From an uncultured Methanosarcinaceae archaeon (GTDB lineage Archaea; Halobacteriota; Methanosarcinia; Methanosarcinales; Methanosarcinaceae): a stretch of DNA of 64,000 nucleotides. Shown one piece after another: positions 10,746 to 21,013 of this stretch. The DNA lies in NCBI GenBank assembly GCA_963727895.1, contig CAVSHT010000009.1, positions 160,001 through 224,000 of the forward strand, written 5' to 3'. The translations under genes were made by a program, and so were the position numbers. How positions within the stretch are numbered: the stretch's first letter is position 1; each line of letters begins with the position of its first letter. The notes below the pieces were generated by a model, which was not told where the DNA came from, ran no database searches, and saw only the letters and a program-made list of their open reading frames with translations.

Positions 10746-13700
10746 ATCTAGAGACCTCATTTTCAGCATTTTGTGCAGCCCTGTCACGTAAAGATCCGTT
10801 TGGAGCAGTAGCAGCCGAACTGATTTCACCTGCATTACTAATAATTTCATCAAAACCTTTTTTATTCCCCTGATCTTCATAAATAAACTCTTTTTCTCCT
10901 TCGGTTGTCACTCCCACAAGTTTATTAAGTTCTGCTTTAGTCGGAAGTCTATCATTTGTCACAATGAACTCAGCAACTGGGGAATACGCTTTTGATTGTG
11001 TGTTATCTATTATGTTAGGATACTTTTCTGCTACCGCTTTTGTGTAACTTACCACATCTGCAGCTTTACCCGTGCCTTTAATTACTTTGTTCGATGTTCC
11101 GATCTCTACTAGGTCACGAACATCTTTCACCCTGCCTGCGTGAGCAACTTCCACAGACTTTCCACCTTTAAGGAAAGTACTTCCAGCATATTTACGGGCA
11201 GCCTGTTCCTGTAATTTCATTAATTTTACGCCGTCGACTTTCAGCGATTTCAACTCGCCAAAGTTGTAAGCGATACCTTCCTGTTTTTGCCATCCCTGCT
11301 TAAGCTAGTCTTGTGTTTCTGCTATGTCCAAGAGGCTTGACTTTGCGTTATGGTTAAAGACTTCAACTCCTTTTTCCCAGTTCCCATTTACTTTAAAGGC
11401 TATTTTAGGCTCATTGGTGCCTTTATTTTCTACTTTGAAATCCTTGCCTTCTGAAAACCCTTTTTTAGTGGCAGCTGTAGCAAATTTCTGTATATATGCT
11501 GTTGGATTATCAACGTAGATTTCGAGATCTCCGGGGGTACGAGTCAAGTATTTTTCCATTTGCAATTTCTGCGCATTGGAACCCGCAACTTGAATTTTAT
11601 AATCAGTTCCACCTTTTAGAGACCTAACTGCACTTTTTATGCCTGAATCTTTCCCGTATGACTGGATAGACTCTGTTAATGCCGCTCGCATTTTTGTAGG
11701 CACATCAGTACTTAGTATAGAGAATTTCTCAGGATTTACAACTGTATTTTTAGCATTGTAGGCAGCGGTTGCAACACGTTTACCGGCTGCATAATATGTT
11801 TTATCCGCGTCACTGAGTACATCGGATACATACCTATTCAGAATCTTTTCTCCTGTTTTATCGTAGGCCTGAACTGAGCATTCAACTTTTACCTGTTTAC
11901 TTGTTTTTCCCAGTTTATTCAGCTCATTTATCGCATCCACATTTATGTAAGATTTTAGAGTTTCAGCGTTTGGAGCAACGCGACCAAGATGCAACCCGCT
12001 TTTACTGTCAGATGAAACAGTATTTAAGAAAGTTGTACCTTGATGTAGATTTCTAGTGTTTCCGCTTGATCCCAGTGAGGTCTCTTTCAAATCACCCGAT
12101 TTTAGCCCGGGGGTTAATAAGTACGGGTTTTTTGTTTCAAAAGCTTCAGCACCTTTTCCGAAGGCTTTTAATCCTACAGCTAGGGAAGCCACAACATCTA
12201 AGTCTTTTTCAATGTCAGTAAACATGTTAGTGTATTTAGCTGACGATGCTATCATGTCTACGCCCATCACGGCACCCGGTGCAGCTCCAACTGCTTTGGC
12301 TGCATAAGGTACAATTGGCTATCTTAGCACTGCTTTCAGCAACTGGCTTCAAAGCTTTAAGCGTTGCAGCGGATAAACCAAGTTCTGCACCTTTTAAAGC
12401 GGCTCCGCCTATGGCAGACTCTGCAACAAGAACACCAACGTCAGCGGCTGCGTTCAATGGTTGATTTTTAGCATAGTTATACTTGTTTACCTCCCAGTTG
12501 CGAATAGCTGAAAGCCGTGAGTCACTGTCAACTGTTTTTTCCCACTTGTTCATTACACTGTTTCCTAGTGCTTTTCTTAACGCTGAGTTTCCAGCTGTTT
12601 GAACTGTGCTTACATTAGGGATATATTTTGATACTGCTTTATTTGAAGCATCTACTGCAGCAGCGGCCCTTTTATAGCTAAAAGTATCTATAAATTTTGT
12701 ATTTAGCTTTGCGGAGGCTGCTCCAAGTCCGCCATTTTTAATCTCAGCATTATACAGAGCTAAATCAGCCGCTGCTTGTATTTCGGCTGCTTTCTGAGCG
12801 ACTGTTTTAAACGATTGAAGATCTGTAAATGTTGCTTTTTCACCTGTAAGGGTGGAATATCCATTTTTCGCCGTTGCGGTCATCGGGGATACTACTCCGT
12901 AGTTTAGCAACTTTGCAGTAGCCTGCTTTTCCTTTTCCTCCTGAGCCTGCTTTACTTTTTGAATTGCTCCATACTGTGATGCCGTCTTTGAAACTGCTGT
13001 AAGCTTACCGGTTTTATCGGTTCTTAGTACTCTTACCTCTGATTCTCCTGTGCTTGCAGCTCCGTTTGTTTGAATCTGGTGTATAACCCTGTTATTTTTG
13101 CCCACAACGTCTTTAAAAGCCGCATTTAGCTTTTTTGCTGTTTCTGCTTCGATTTTTGCTGCTGCTACTGCCGCAGTGTACCCCGCATTTGAAGTAGCAG
13201 CTTTTGCTCTACCACCTACGGTGGCACCTGTCAGGTATTGTTGAGTTGTAGTTTTTCCCTTTGCAATCATTGCCTTATAGTCGGCTAAATTTTGAGATTT
13301 TTCCGCAACGGAGGAACCATATATTGTTTTAGCAACCTTTGAGTTAGGATTTGAGGCCCCATTTTATTCAATATCAGCTGTCCTGATTAAGGGAGAGGAT
13401 TCCTTTATCACACTAGCATGATTGGAAGTAACTTGTTTCGCTAGTTTGTTCAGATTCTCAGAAGTGGCTTTTGCAGTCGAACAGGTACCAGCCTGCAATT
13501 TCTTTGCTTGTGCAGATATGACTTTGGGAGCTACAGCTTTAACCGCCTGTGTCGTTGCGGTTAATTTTGTTGCGAGTTTTGCAGTAGCAGTTGAGATAAT
13601 TTTTGCGGGTGCTGTTTTTGAAGCTGCAACTGAACCTGAGGTTGCAACTCCCTTGGAGTAGTTTGAACTTTTCGTGTTAGAAGGATTGTTTATATTGTTT

Positions 13701-15055
13701 GCAACATGTGAGACAACCCCCTTTGATTCTAAAGCGGAGCTCTGGGCAAGTTCTTTTTGTATGTCTGCAATCTGTCCCTCTGCCTTAGCATTAGCTGCAT
13801 TGCGAGCAGCTGTAACTGAGGCACTTTCTTTAGCAGCGTCCTCTAGATACACAGGCGGAGACTGTGTATTGGCAGGAGCTTCATAATACCATTTTATATA
13901 TGCAGGGTTGTAATGTTTGCCTGTGTTGTTTGAGGCTTCTCTTGCATTCCACTTGTTGAGTGTCTGCTGTTCTTGAGAATTGAGACTTCCAGAATAATAA
14001 TTTGAAGTTGTAGTATTTGCAGCTGCTGCACTCGCTGCTTTTACTGATTGTGCTTTTACAGTAGCGGTATATGCTTTTTCAATTGCAGTACTATAGGAAT
14101 CTATAGCGGACTGTGCTTCTTTCTGCGTTTTGTATGTGGTTGTTTTAGGCGCAGTTGCAGACACTCCATAAGCCTTTGCAGTCGCTGATAAGGATTTCAC
14201 AGAACTTGATATGTCGTATGTTGTAGTAGTGGTTGCAGTTGCAACTTTAGTAGAGACAGACCCCCCGCTCGAAGAGGTAGTTTTTGCAGAACTACTTGCG
14301 TTTGAGCTTAGTTTTTTATTAACCTCAGTTGTATAACTATCAATTATACTTTGAGCTTTCTTTGAGTCTGTAATTGTTGAGCCATAGATTTTAGGCTTGG
14401 ACACACTTAAACCAGCTGCTACAGCCTGTTTGTAAACACTTGCGAGAGCGGAATCTACGTCATAATACGAAGCGGTCTTAGCTGCCGCTGAAGCTGTGAC
14501 ATTTTTAGCCGCTGTTGCTGCCTTACTAGACTGACTAGATTGACTAGGTTGGCTGGCTTGTGAGGTTGTGGTATATTTTGCAGCAATTAGCTCATTTGCC
14601 TTTGAAACATACGAGTCGACTATGCCTTGAGCTACAGAAGCACTTTTTATGGATTTGCCATAAGAAGCCGGAATGGTTAAACTAACACCATATGCAGCAG
14701 CCTGTGCTTTAATAGATGCAAGTGCAGAATCAATATCATAATATGTATCAGAAACTGTAGATCCAGTACCACGTACTGCAGTGTGATTACTTGTTACATT
14801 TGAAGTTAATTTACTTTTTGATGTTAATGCAGCACTTTTTACAGCGTTTACAACAGTCTGTTTTTTTGCTGAAACTACTGAAGATGAGGACGAGGCAGTT
14901 GTAGATGATGTATTAGCGGCAAGCCGGGCATCGTTGGCAGCTTTAGCCTTTTGAACTTCAGCACCATTTGAACCGGTTACCACTTGAAGCGAGCCGTCTG
15001 CTGCTGTATATTTTAGAATAACCCCGCCACTTGGAGTTGAGCCATAAATTAACAT
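10746..15055 (-). pseudogene. N-terminal ~1430 codons of giant Ala/Ser/Thr/Lys-rich protein, in four ORF fragments
   Basis: 13364-15055 joins 12236-13270 across in-frame TAA; frameshift near 12315 into the 11305-12270 frame; in-frame TAG 11305-11307 joins 10687-11253. Confidence 0.75.
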
Positions 15056-15107
15056 AATTAGAACCCTCTTTTTGAATAGAGGGCATTTTAAGCCCTCATA
15101 GTTGTTT

Positions 15108-15392
15108 TTAAGCTTTCGTTACACGAACAGTTGCAGAAGGCAGCTGGGATTGTAAGTGTTGCTTTACAGCAGCAGCAGGCACATCAAGATTTTTTAAATA
15201 TGTAATTTTATGAGATATTACATACCCCTGCTGTGTTTTAACCGTTGCACCGAAAGTCCCTTTTTGAACCTTGGTTTTAATACGTTTTTTAGCAGCGGAG
15301 GCCTCTGCGAGAGACACAAAGGGGCCGAACTTCTGTTCAACAACTATACGTAATTTTTTAGAGGACGTTTTTTTCATTACCATGGTTGCCAT
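15108..15392 (-). CDS. basic hypothetical protein with SPOR-like GPFxSxAEA motif
   Basis: 94 aa, KFGPFVSLAEASAAKKRI. Confidence 0.65.
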   Translation of the reverse strand: MATMVMKKTSSKKLRIVVEQKFGPFVSLAEASAAKKRIKTKVQKGTFGATVKTQQGYVISHKITYLKNLDVPAAAVKQHLQSQLPSATVRVTKA

Positions 15393-15602
15393 TCCTGAGA
15401 CTAATATATAATTATATTATATAAAATATAATTAGTCTGTAATAATAGTTATGCAAGCAGAGTATATAAGTATTTCTGCAAGAAAAACAGGATTAGAAGA
15501 AATGAAAATTAAAAAAGGAAAATAGTAATAAATTGAAGGTTGCGCAGTAGTTTGTATTACAACTACCAAGCAACATTATAACCTAGAACTGTATCCAGAC
15601 TG

Positions 15603-16101
15603 TTATAATCTGGATTTCCATGGCGCAATGAGACAGGGGGTATAGGCGGAGCCTACCTTTAGGTCTACACGCTTGTCTGATTCTGTGCAATCGATGTAGA
15701 TTCTACCACGGTCTGTTGTGTCGAAGGCATTGCAGGCGTGACCAAAACCGCGACCAAGAGTGACTGCAACGAATCCGCAGGTTATAACCCGCAGCTTCTG
15801 CATGATTGTGTAGCATTTCGGCATAATCGGCACATTGAAACGAACTATTGTACAACATTTGATCTGTCGTGTCATTATCGACAAAATTGATTACCTGTTC
15901 ATAAGTAACGTATGTTGCATTTGGATTTTCAGTTAGGTTAATGTGGTGTCCATCTGCACCTAAATAATCCAACTTATGTACGTTGGCACTGTCTGAGGGG
16001 AAGAGATATGCGAAAGTTAACATTACTGCAAATACAGCAAATACAGCAAATGCAGCAAAAAAGCCTAAAATACAGACTTCTAGAATATCTTTAAAACCCA
16101 T
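15603..16101 (-). pseudogene. membrane-anchored papain/transglutaminase-like Cys protease, frameshift near 15785
   Basis: N-terminal TM; FQCADYAEMLHNHAEAAG then other frame GHACNAFDTTDRGRIYIDCT (Cys-His-Asp). Confidence 0.65.
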
Positions 16102-16122
16102 TATTTTACCCCCAGCTCCACT

Positions 16123-16638
16123 TTAGACTTCCAGTGTTATTTTTTCTTGCTTATTTTCGTATAATTTTCTATAATTTTGATCGAAACTTTTCACTAATCT
16201 TTTCGCAGTATAATGGCTTATTGATAATTTTTCGGCAATTACTTCGATATCAGTATTTTTCAGAGCCAGCCGAATGAAACGCTCTGCACGTTTACACAAA
16301 GCGTCACTTGCTCCTAATTTTATAATGTCTACCTTTGGAACGCCTAAAGAGATTTGTCTAATTACTTCACCCAGCCCAAGTTTTCGTGGTATTCCCTGAT
16401 GATCTGTTTTTTTCCAGTTTTCAATTTTACGGATGTGTCGCAAAAATGAGGCAACCCCTGTCGTAATTTCAGGGTGAGCCAGCGAAATTTCGTAAGCGCT
16501 CATATTTACAGGGCACTTAGAAAACTTTATAATTATTTCTGTTATTTCTTCTGGTGCTTTAATTTTTTCGAGTTCTGTACCGTTGCAGACCTGTTTATAT
16601 ATTTTTGATACCTTTTCTTCCTGCGTTTGATGATGCAC
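16123..16638 (-). CDS. putative HTH DNA-binding protein
   Basis: 171 aa; IEVIAEKLSISHYTAKRLV; GGGGGTAAAA RBS. Confidence 0.7.
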   Translation of the reverse strand: MHHQTQEEKVSKIYKQVCNGTELEKIKAPEEITEIIIKFSKCPVNMSAYEISLAHPEITTGVASFLRHIRKIENWKKTDHQGIPRKLGLGEVIRQISLGVPKVDIIKLGASDALCKRAERFIRLALKNTDIEVIAEKLSISHYTAKRLVKSFDQNYRKLYENKQEKITLEV

Positions 16639-16659
16639 GTTTTTACCCCCCTAACGTTT

Positions 16660-16779
16660 TTAGTGTTCAATTACCATTTTCTGTTTACATCTTCTGCCGT
16701 AGCCTGCTTTTATTGATTTTTCATTCTTCAAGGGCTTGCCACACCTTTTGCAGGTACTTGATCTTTCTTCTTTTTCCAT
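16660..16779 (-). CDS. DUF6011-like zinc-finger protein (39 aa)
   Basis: MEKEERSSTCKRCGKPLKNEKSIKAGYGRRCKQKMVIEH; same RBS as neighbours. Confidence 0.7.
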   Translation of the reverse strand: MEKEERSSTCKRCGKPLKNEKSIKAGYGRRCKQKMVIEH

Positions 16780-16800
16780 AATTTTTACCCCCAACTTAAT

Positions 16801-17031
16801 TTAATTTTTTATTCCGTATTTTGCGTCTGCCAGACAATCTATTTCACATCGACTGTACACGAGACACATAGTGATGTACTTTACACTGTCGCGGTCATTG
16901 AATGCTGGATAAAGGTTAACGAAACTTGTTAAAATATCTGCATTATTTCCACTGTCAAATAGGCAACCGAGAAAGTTTTTATAATCAGCTAATTTTGATT
17001 TAATTTCATGGCGTTTTTCAACTGTAACCAT
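16801..17031 (-). CDS. hypothetical protein
   Basis: 76 aa; GGGGGATAAAAA RBS. Confidence 0.65.
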   Translation of the reverse strand: MVTVEKRHEIKSKLADYKNFLGCLFDSGNNADILTSFVNLYPAFNDRDSVKYITMCLVYSRCEIDCLADAKYGIKN

Positions 17032-17091
17032 CGTTTTTATCCCCCGTTTTTTGTTTTTTAAAGCTTAATATAGCCCGTTTTACAATTCAAT

Positions 17092-17304
17092 TTACTCTAC
17101 TTTCACATATCCAAACCCAAGTCCCTCAATTTCGATCTTTTTTATTTTACCCTCATACTCCATTTTTTCAAGCAATGCTTTAGCCGTATTTCTGCTACAG
17201 CCTACGCAATCTTTAATGACTACTATGGCGCGCGCCTTCTGCGTATCAAGACAACTTAGAACCATGTCTTCAGTATACTTTTTTTCGTATGTCAAAGATT
17301 TCAC
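17092..17304 (-). CDS. small winged-helix DNA-binding protein
   Basis: IKDCVGCSRNTAKALLEKMEYEGKIKKI; GAGGTG at start. Confidence 0.7.
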   Translation of the reverse strand: MKSLTYEKKYTEDMVLSCLDTQKARAIVVIKDCVGCSRNTAKALLEKMEYEGKIKKIEIEGLGFGYVKVE

Positions 17305-17553
17305 CTCTTTCTTAGTTATATATACGCTCTGAAAGTAGTTATAAGTTGCTATTGAGTGTCGTAACCGAACGTCATTAGCAGTTAATTAATAATATAATAA
17401 TATTAAAGTGGTATCAAAAGAAAAGCAAACATTAGCTCAGAAACAAACTGAAAAAATAATTGAACGCAAATATAAAACCATAATATTTAACTATAAATAA
17501 CAAAATAGTACTATTAATAACATGAGTTTAAAAATATAAAAAGAGGTTAAAAT

Positions 17554-17697
17554 ATGGATGCGGTATGCGAGGCTGAATTAACAATAATGAGAACAGAAAT
17601 CAGCGACTTGAAAAAACAAATTAAAGGATTGAAGGAAGAAATGGAAAGAAAAGTAGATATTGACGATTTATTAGATGCCTTAGATATAAAAGAATAA
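17554..17697 (+). CDS. small coiled-coil protein (47 aa)
   Basis: MDAVCEAELTIMRTEISDLKKQIKGLKEEMERKVDIDDLLDALDIKE; GAGG RBS. Confidence 0.6.
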   Translation: MDAVCEAELTIMRTEISDLKKQIKGLKEEMERKVDIDDLLDALDIKE

Positions 17698-17929
17698 GAT
17701 AAATGAAACGTAAATCTGGTTTATCCGTGACCTGCCTCGATATATAGTTCTGTGATAATTGATTATTAATCTCCATTCAGCCTGAAAATTTCCTCGTGAC
17801 CACGCTAATTTCAAAAACTTCTCGGTAAAAGGTGGATATTTGTCCATCCTATGAATGAAATACTTAAAATGAACATATACTCATTGAAAAAATGAAAAGG
17901 AAAGGATTGAAATAAAGAATGGATCAAAA

Positions 17930-18184
17930 TTATCTGCGCTTTACTGTTTTCTGTGCTGATTTTTGTGCTGATTTTTGAGTAGCTTTTTGTGCTGCACGCT
18001 CAGCTTTTACCTTTGATGCCTTCTTTGCGCCTTGTTCTTTTTGTGATCTAGTTTTATCAAAAATCGAGGTCTTTTCCGATGACGGGGTTCTCATTTTCTT
18101 TCTATTTGTATCATCCCTAGCTTTTTTAGATTTCTTTTTGATTTCAGTTTCTTCTTTGCCTAAAATCTTTTTCAGTATGCCCAT
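17930..18184 (-). CDS. highly basic Lys-rich protein, putative nucleoprotein
   Basis: 84 aa, AQK(A/S) repeats at C-terminus. Confidence 0.65.
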   Translation of the reverse strand: MGILKKILGKEETEIKKKSKKARDDTNRKKMRTPSSEKTSIFDKTRSQKEQGAKKASKVKAERAAQKATQKSAQKSAQKTVKRR

Positions 18185-18463
18185 TTTCTAAACCTTCTTT
18201 GCTTCCTTATATACCTATTTTCATTAATTGGCGCATTTTCTAAGAACGTGTTTTAAAACTCATTCTCACAGAGTTTTATCTTATCTAGTCTTCTAATTCT
18301 TTTTCTTATCATAGCAGCACAAGTTAAAGGTTTGCTTTTGTATACATGTCTCATAGATATTCAAACATCCCTACAACTAAAAATATGAGAAGTTATATAG
18401 ACAAGTTTTACTATAAATCTCAATTGCAACGATAAAACGTAACGAAGTTAAAAAGGGGGGGAT

Positions 18464-18674
18464 ATGCGTAACAACTTGTGAATTCTGTGGAGAAGGTATA
18501 ATATCATTGCCTTTCGAATGTCACAGATGTGGTAAGACTTTCTGCACTGATCATAGACTACCTGAGAAACACAATTGCTCATATGGTTGTCCAATACAGA
18601 GACCGTCTAATCCACTATATGTGAAGAAAAAGACTCCTGAAGAGAGTAAGAGAGTCTATTTTTTACCTAGATAA
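18464..18674 (+). pseudogene. AN1-type zinc-finger protein, +1 base right after ATG
   Basis: CEFCGEGIISLPFECHRCGKTFCTDHRLPEKHNC in frame from 18468. Confidence 0.7.
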
Positions 18675-18732
18675 GGAGAGCAGAATGAAGAAAAACAATC
18701 TATTTGATTGAATCTATTAAGGTTGATGTTTT

Positions 18733-19302
18733 ATGGGTGTACAGTTCGACAGTAGAGGAAAAATAAAGAACTACAACTATAATGGCACATGTGTATTATT
18801 GGATGAACCATGTTTTAAGCATGGAGTTGACTGTAGCCCTTGCACACGCATACAGGAACCAAAACACAAATCAATTGAAGCTCCTATACCTCATGTTGTG
18901 GAAGTTATAAAGACACCTGTGTCTGAGCCAATTTCAATTCAAGAACCCTTAATCGAGCCAATAAATAAAATAGGAACTGTAAAATTTGAATCAATTCCTA
19001 AAATCATAAGTAATGAAGATCCAACTAAAATTATCGCACCCGAAGTCAAAAAAGAACGGTTTAATTATGAATTAACTTTCAAACGATCTCAAAGGTCTAT
19101 TACAAATAATTCAACTTCAGTTCTAACAAAAAAGAAAAACTTATGGGCTAGATTAACAGGTTTTATAAAATCAATTTTCAAGCCAAGAAACAAGAAGCCT
19201 TATGATCAGAAACCAAAGCAATCACCTAAGAGGAGTGGCAAGATATACGTTTGGAAAAATCGTAAAGAGGGATTTGGAAAGAAAAGAGTAAGGAACCTAT
19301 AA
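18733..19302 (+). CDS. hypothetical protein with N-terminal Cys cluster and basic C-terminus
   Basis: 189 aa ORF. Confidence 0.65.
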   Translation: MGVQFDSRGKIKNYNYNGTCVLLDEPCFKHGVDCSPCTRIQEPKHKSIEAPIPHVVEVIKTPVSEPISIQEPLIEPINKIGTVKFESIPKIISNEDPTKIIAPEVKKERFNYELTFKRSQRSITNNSTSVLTKKKNLWARLTGFIKSIFKPRNKKPYDQKPKQSPKRSGKIYVWKNRKEGFGKKRVRNL

Positions 19303-19758
19303 TTAGATTTATTTTATTGGTCGGTGAATTACTCCTGAAACACTCCTTCCTGAGTTGGAACGCCTGCTCCACCTATTCCCCTATTTTCTATTCTAGCCTA
19401 TTCTGTGCACTCAATATTTGCACTAAAAATCAATAGCCTGTGCGAGATTAGACTACATAGTATGATATACCTTTGAGTATAGTCAGTTACAGTTGACACT
19501 GTTGAAAAATACCGTAATCAGTAAACGTCATTATTTTGTGTCAGACACGATTGACACGAAGGAGTTAACATTTTCAAAAACAGTACGGCTTCCTTGTTAA
19601 CACAACAGAAAGCATTAAGTAAGTAAACGACTATATTATATAGTATAGATCTCATATGTTAAGCACCTGCTAAACTAAATGGTTCGGTTTGGTTGGTTCA
19701 CAATACACGGGTTTCGTGCGGGTAACACGGATCCCGTAATTCTTCTTTTCTCGTTGTT

Positions 19759-19908
19759 TCAAAGATTTTCATTAAATACGGCTTCTAATATTGAACATAT
19801 CAGTCCAGACTGTGACTCTCCAGTCATTGTCCTTTCTTGCTCTATTTTTTGATAGAGGTCATCATCTACATATGCTGTAACTTGGATTTTGTTACAATAT
19901 CATTTCAT
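19759..19908 (-). pseudogene. ribbon-helix-helix (CopG-like) regulator, TGA at codon 3
   Basis: MK*YCNKIQVTAYVDDDLYQKIEQERTMTGESQSGLICSILEAVFNENL; GGTG RBS. Confidence 0.6.
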
Positions 19909-20199
19909 AAAAACTGCACCTGTTGTCTGGTCGTGGCATAGATTAACCTGCCTATTCCATATCGTATATAGGTGCTAAAAGTATAAATAACTTTCGTATG
20001 TTATATAGCTTCGCTTAAATAAAAAAGAGCTAATAATGCAGAGTTCACTGTTTGCGCTACTATCCTATAGTACATATAAGTTTAAAAGCTTGTCGTTAAC
20101 CATTGAAGCAAGTTTACATGTTTATAAACCCTGCAAAAGGTGAAAAATCGTTTTTGTTAACCTTATGATAATATTATAAAATTCAAAACAGCACACTTC

Positions 20200-20800
20200 T
20201 CATAATTTTGAGCGCCCCCTCACCCTGACAGCCTTTTTTGTATTACTCTGTTCCTCCAAAGCTTGCATTTCCAATGGTGCTAACATTAATTTTTGGGTCT
20301 CTACAATTATTCCCAGTAAGTCTATTTTCCCCTTTAAAACCTCAATTTCATCTCGTTCAACTGATAAATGTGCCGCTTCTGCCCGCAAAATATCATTTTC
20401 ATTTTTAATATCTTTATATGCTGCACCCTCTGACACATCAAGTTCTTTTTGGATAGTGAGATAAGGTACAAATTTTTTATAATACTCCTTCAATCCATCA
20501 ACATCCGCTTGATAATAATGGTTTTGTGTAGCAGGCAAAGAGTGCCCCATAAACTCTTCGGCATGGAAAAAGTCACATCCGGCGTTCAACATAGCTGAAT
20601 TAAAATACTTCCGCATGGTATGAGATCGGATTAAACCATAATTTCCCTTCTGAGTTTTCTTACTCGCTTTTGCTGCTAGATCTTTAAAAAGTTGAATAAA
20701 ACCAAATCGGTTAAATACACGCTCTTTTTCGTCAAAAGTATTTAAAAAAGTACTTGCAACCTTGCGGCGACAAAAAAGATAACTTGAGTCGTCATAAATA
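20200..20800 (-). pseudogene. C-terminal half of tyrosine recombinase/integrase
   Basis: IRSHTMRKYFNS (HxxR), EEFMGH, NHYY, C-terminal coiled coil; frame closed upstream of ~20800. Confidence 0.85.
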
Positions 20801-21013
20801 CCTTATTATGAAAATTCTTAATAGCCTTCTCAGAATTATAACTTTTATTTATATTATAATGAAAATATAATTACTGTCCTTAATTATAAGTATTAACAAT
20901 TACATATATTCAATGTGTGAAAAACGAACATTAGAAACAATTTAATATATTAATACAATTTTTATTGAAATATATAGTAAATTTCTAGACATGGAGAAGG
21001 AGGCTTTAATTTT

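Noticed and set aside
20200..20800. SSV1-type integrase split by integration
   Set aside because: Fragment appears to lack the first catalytic Arg region and no att/tRNA sequence abuts it; deletion is more likely
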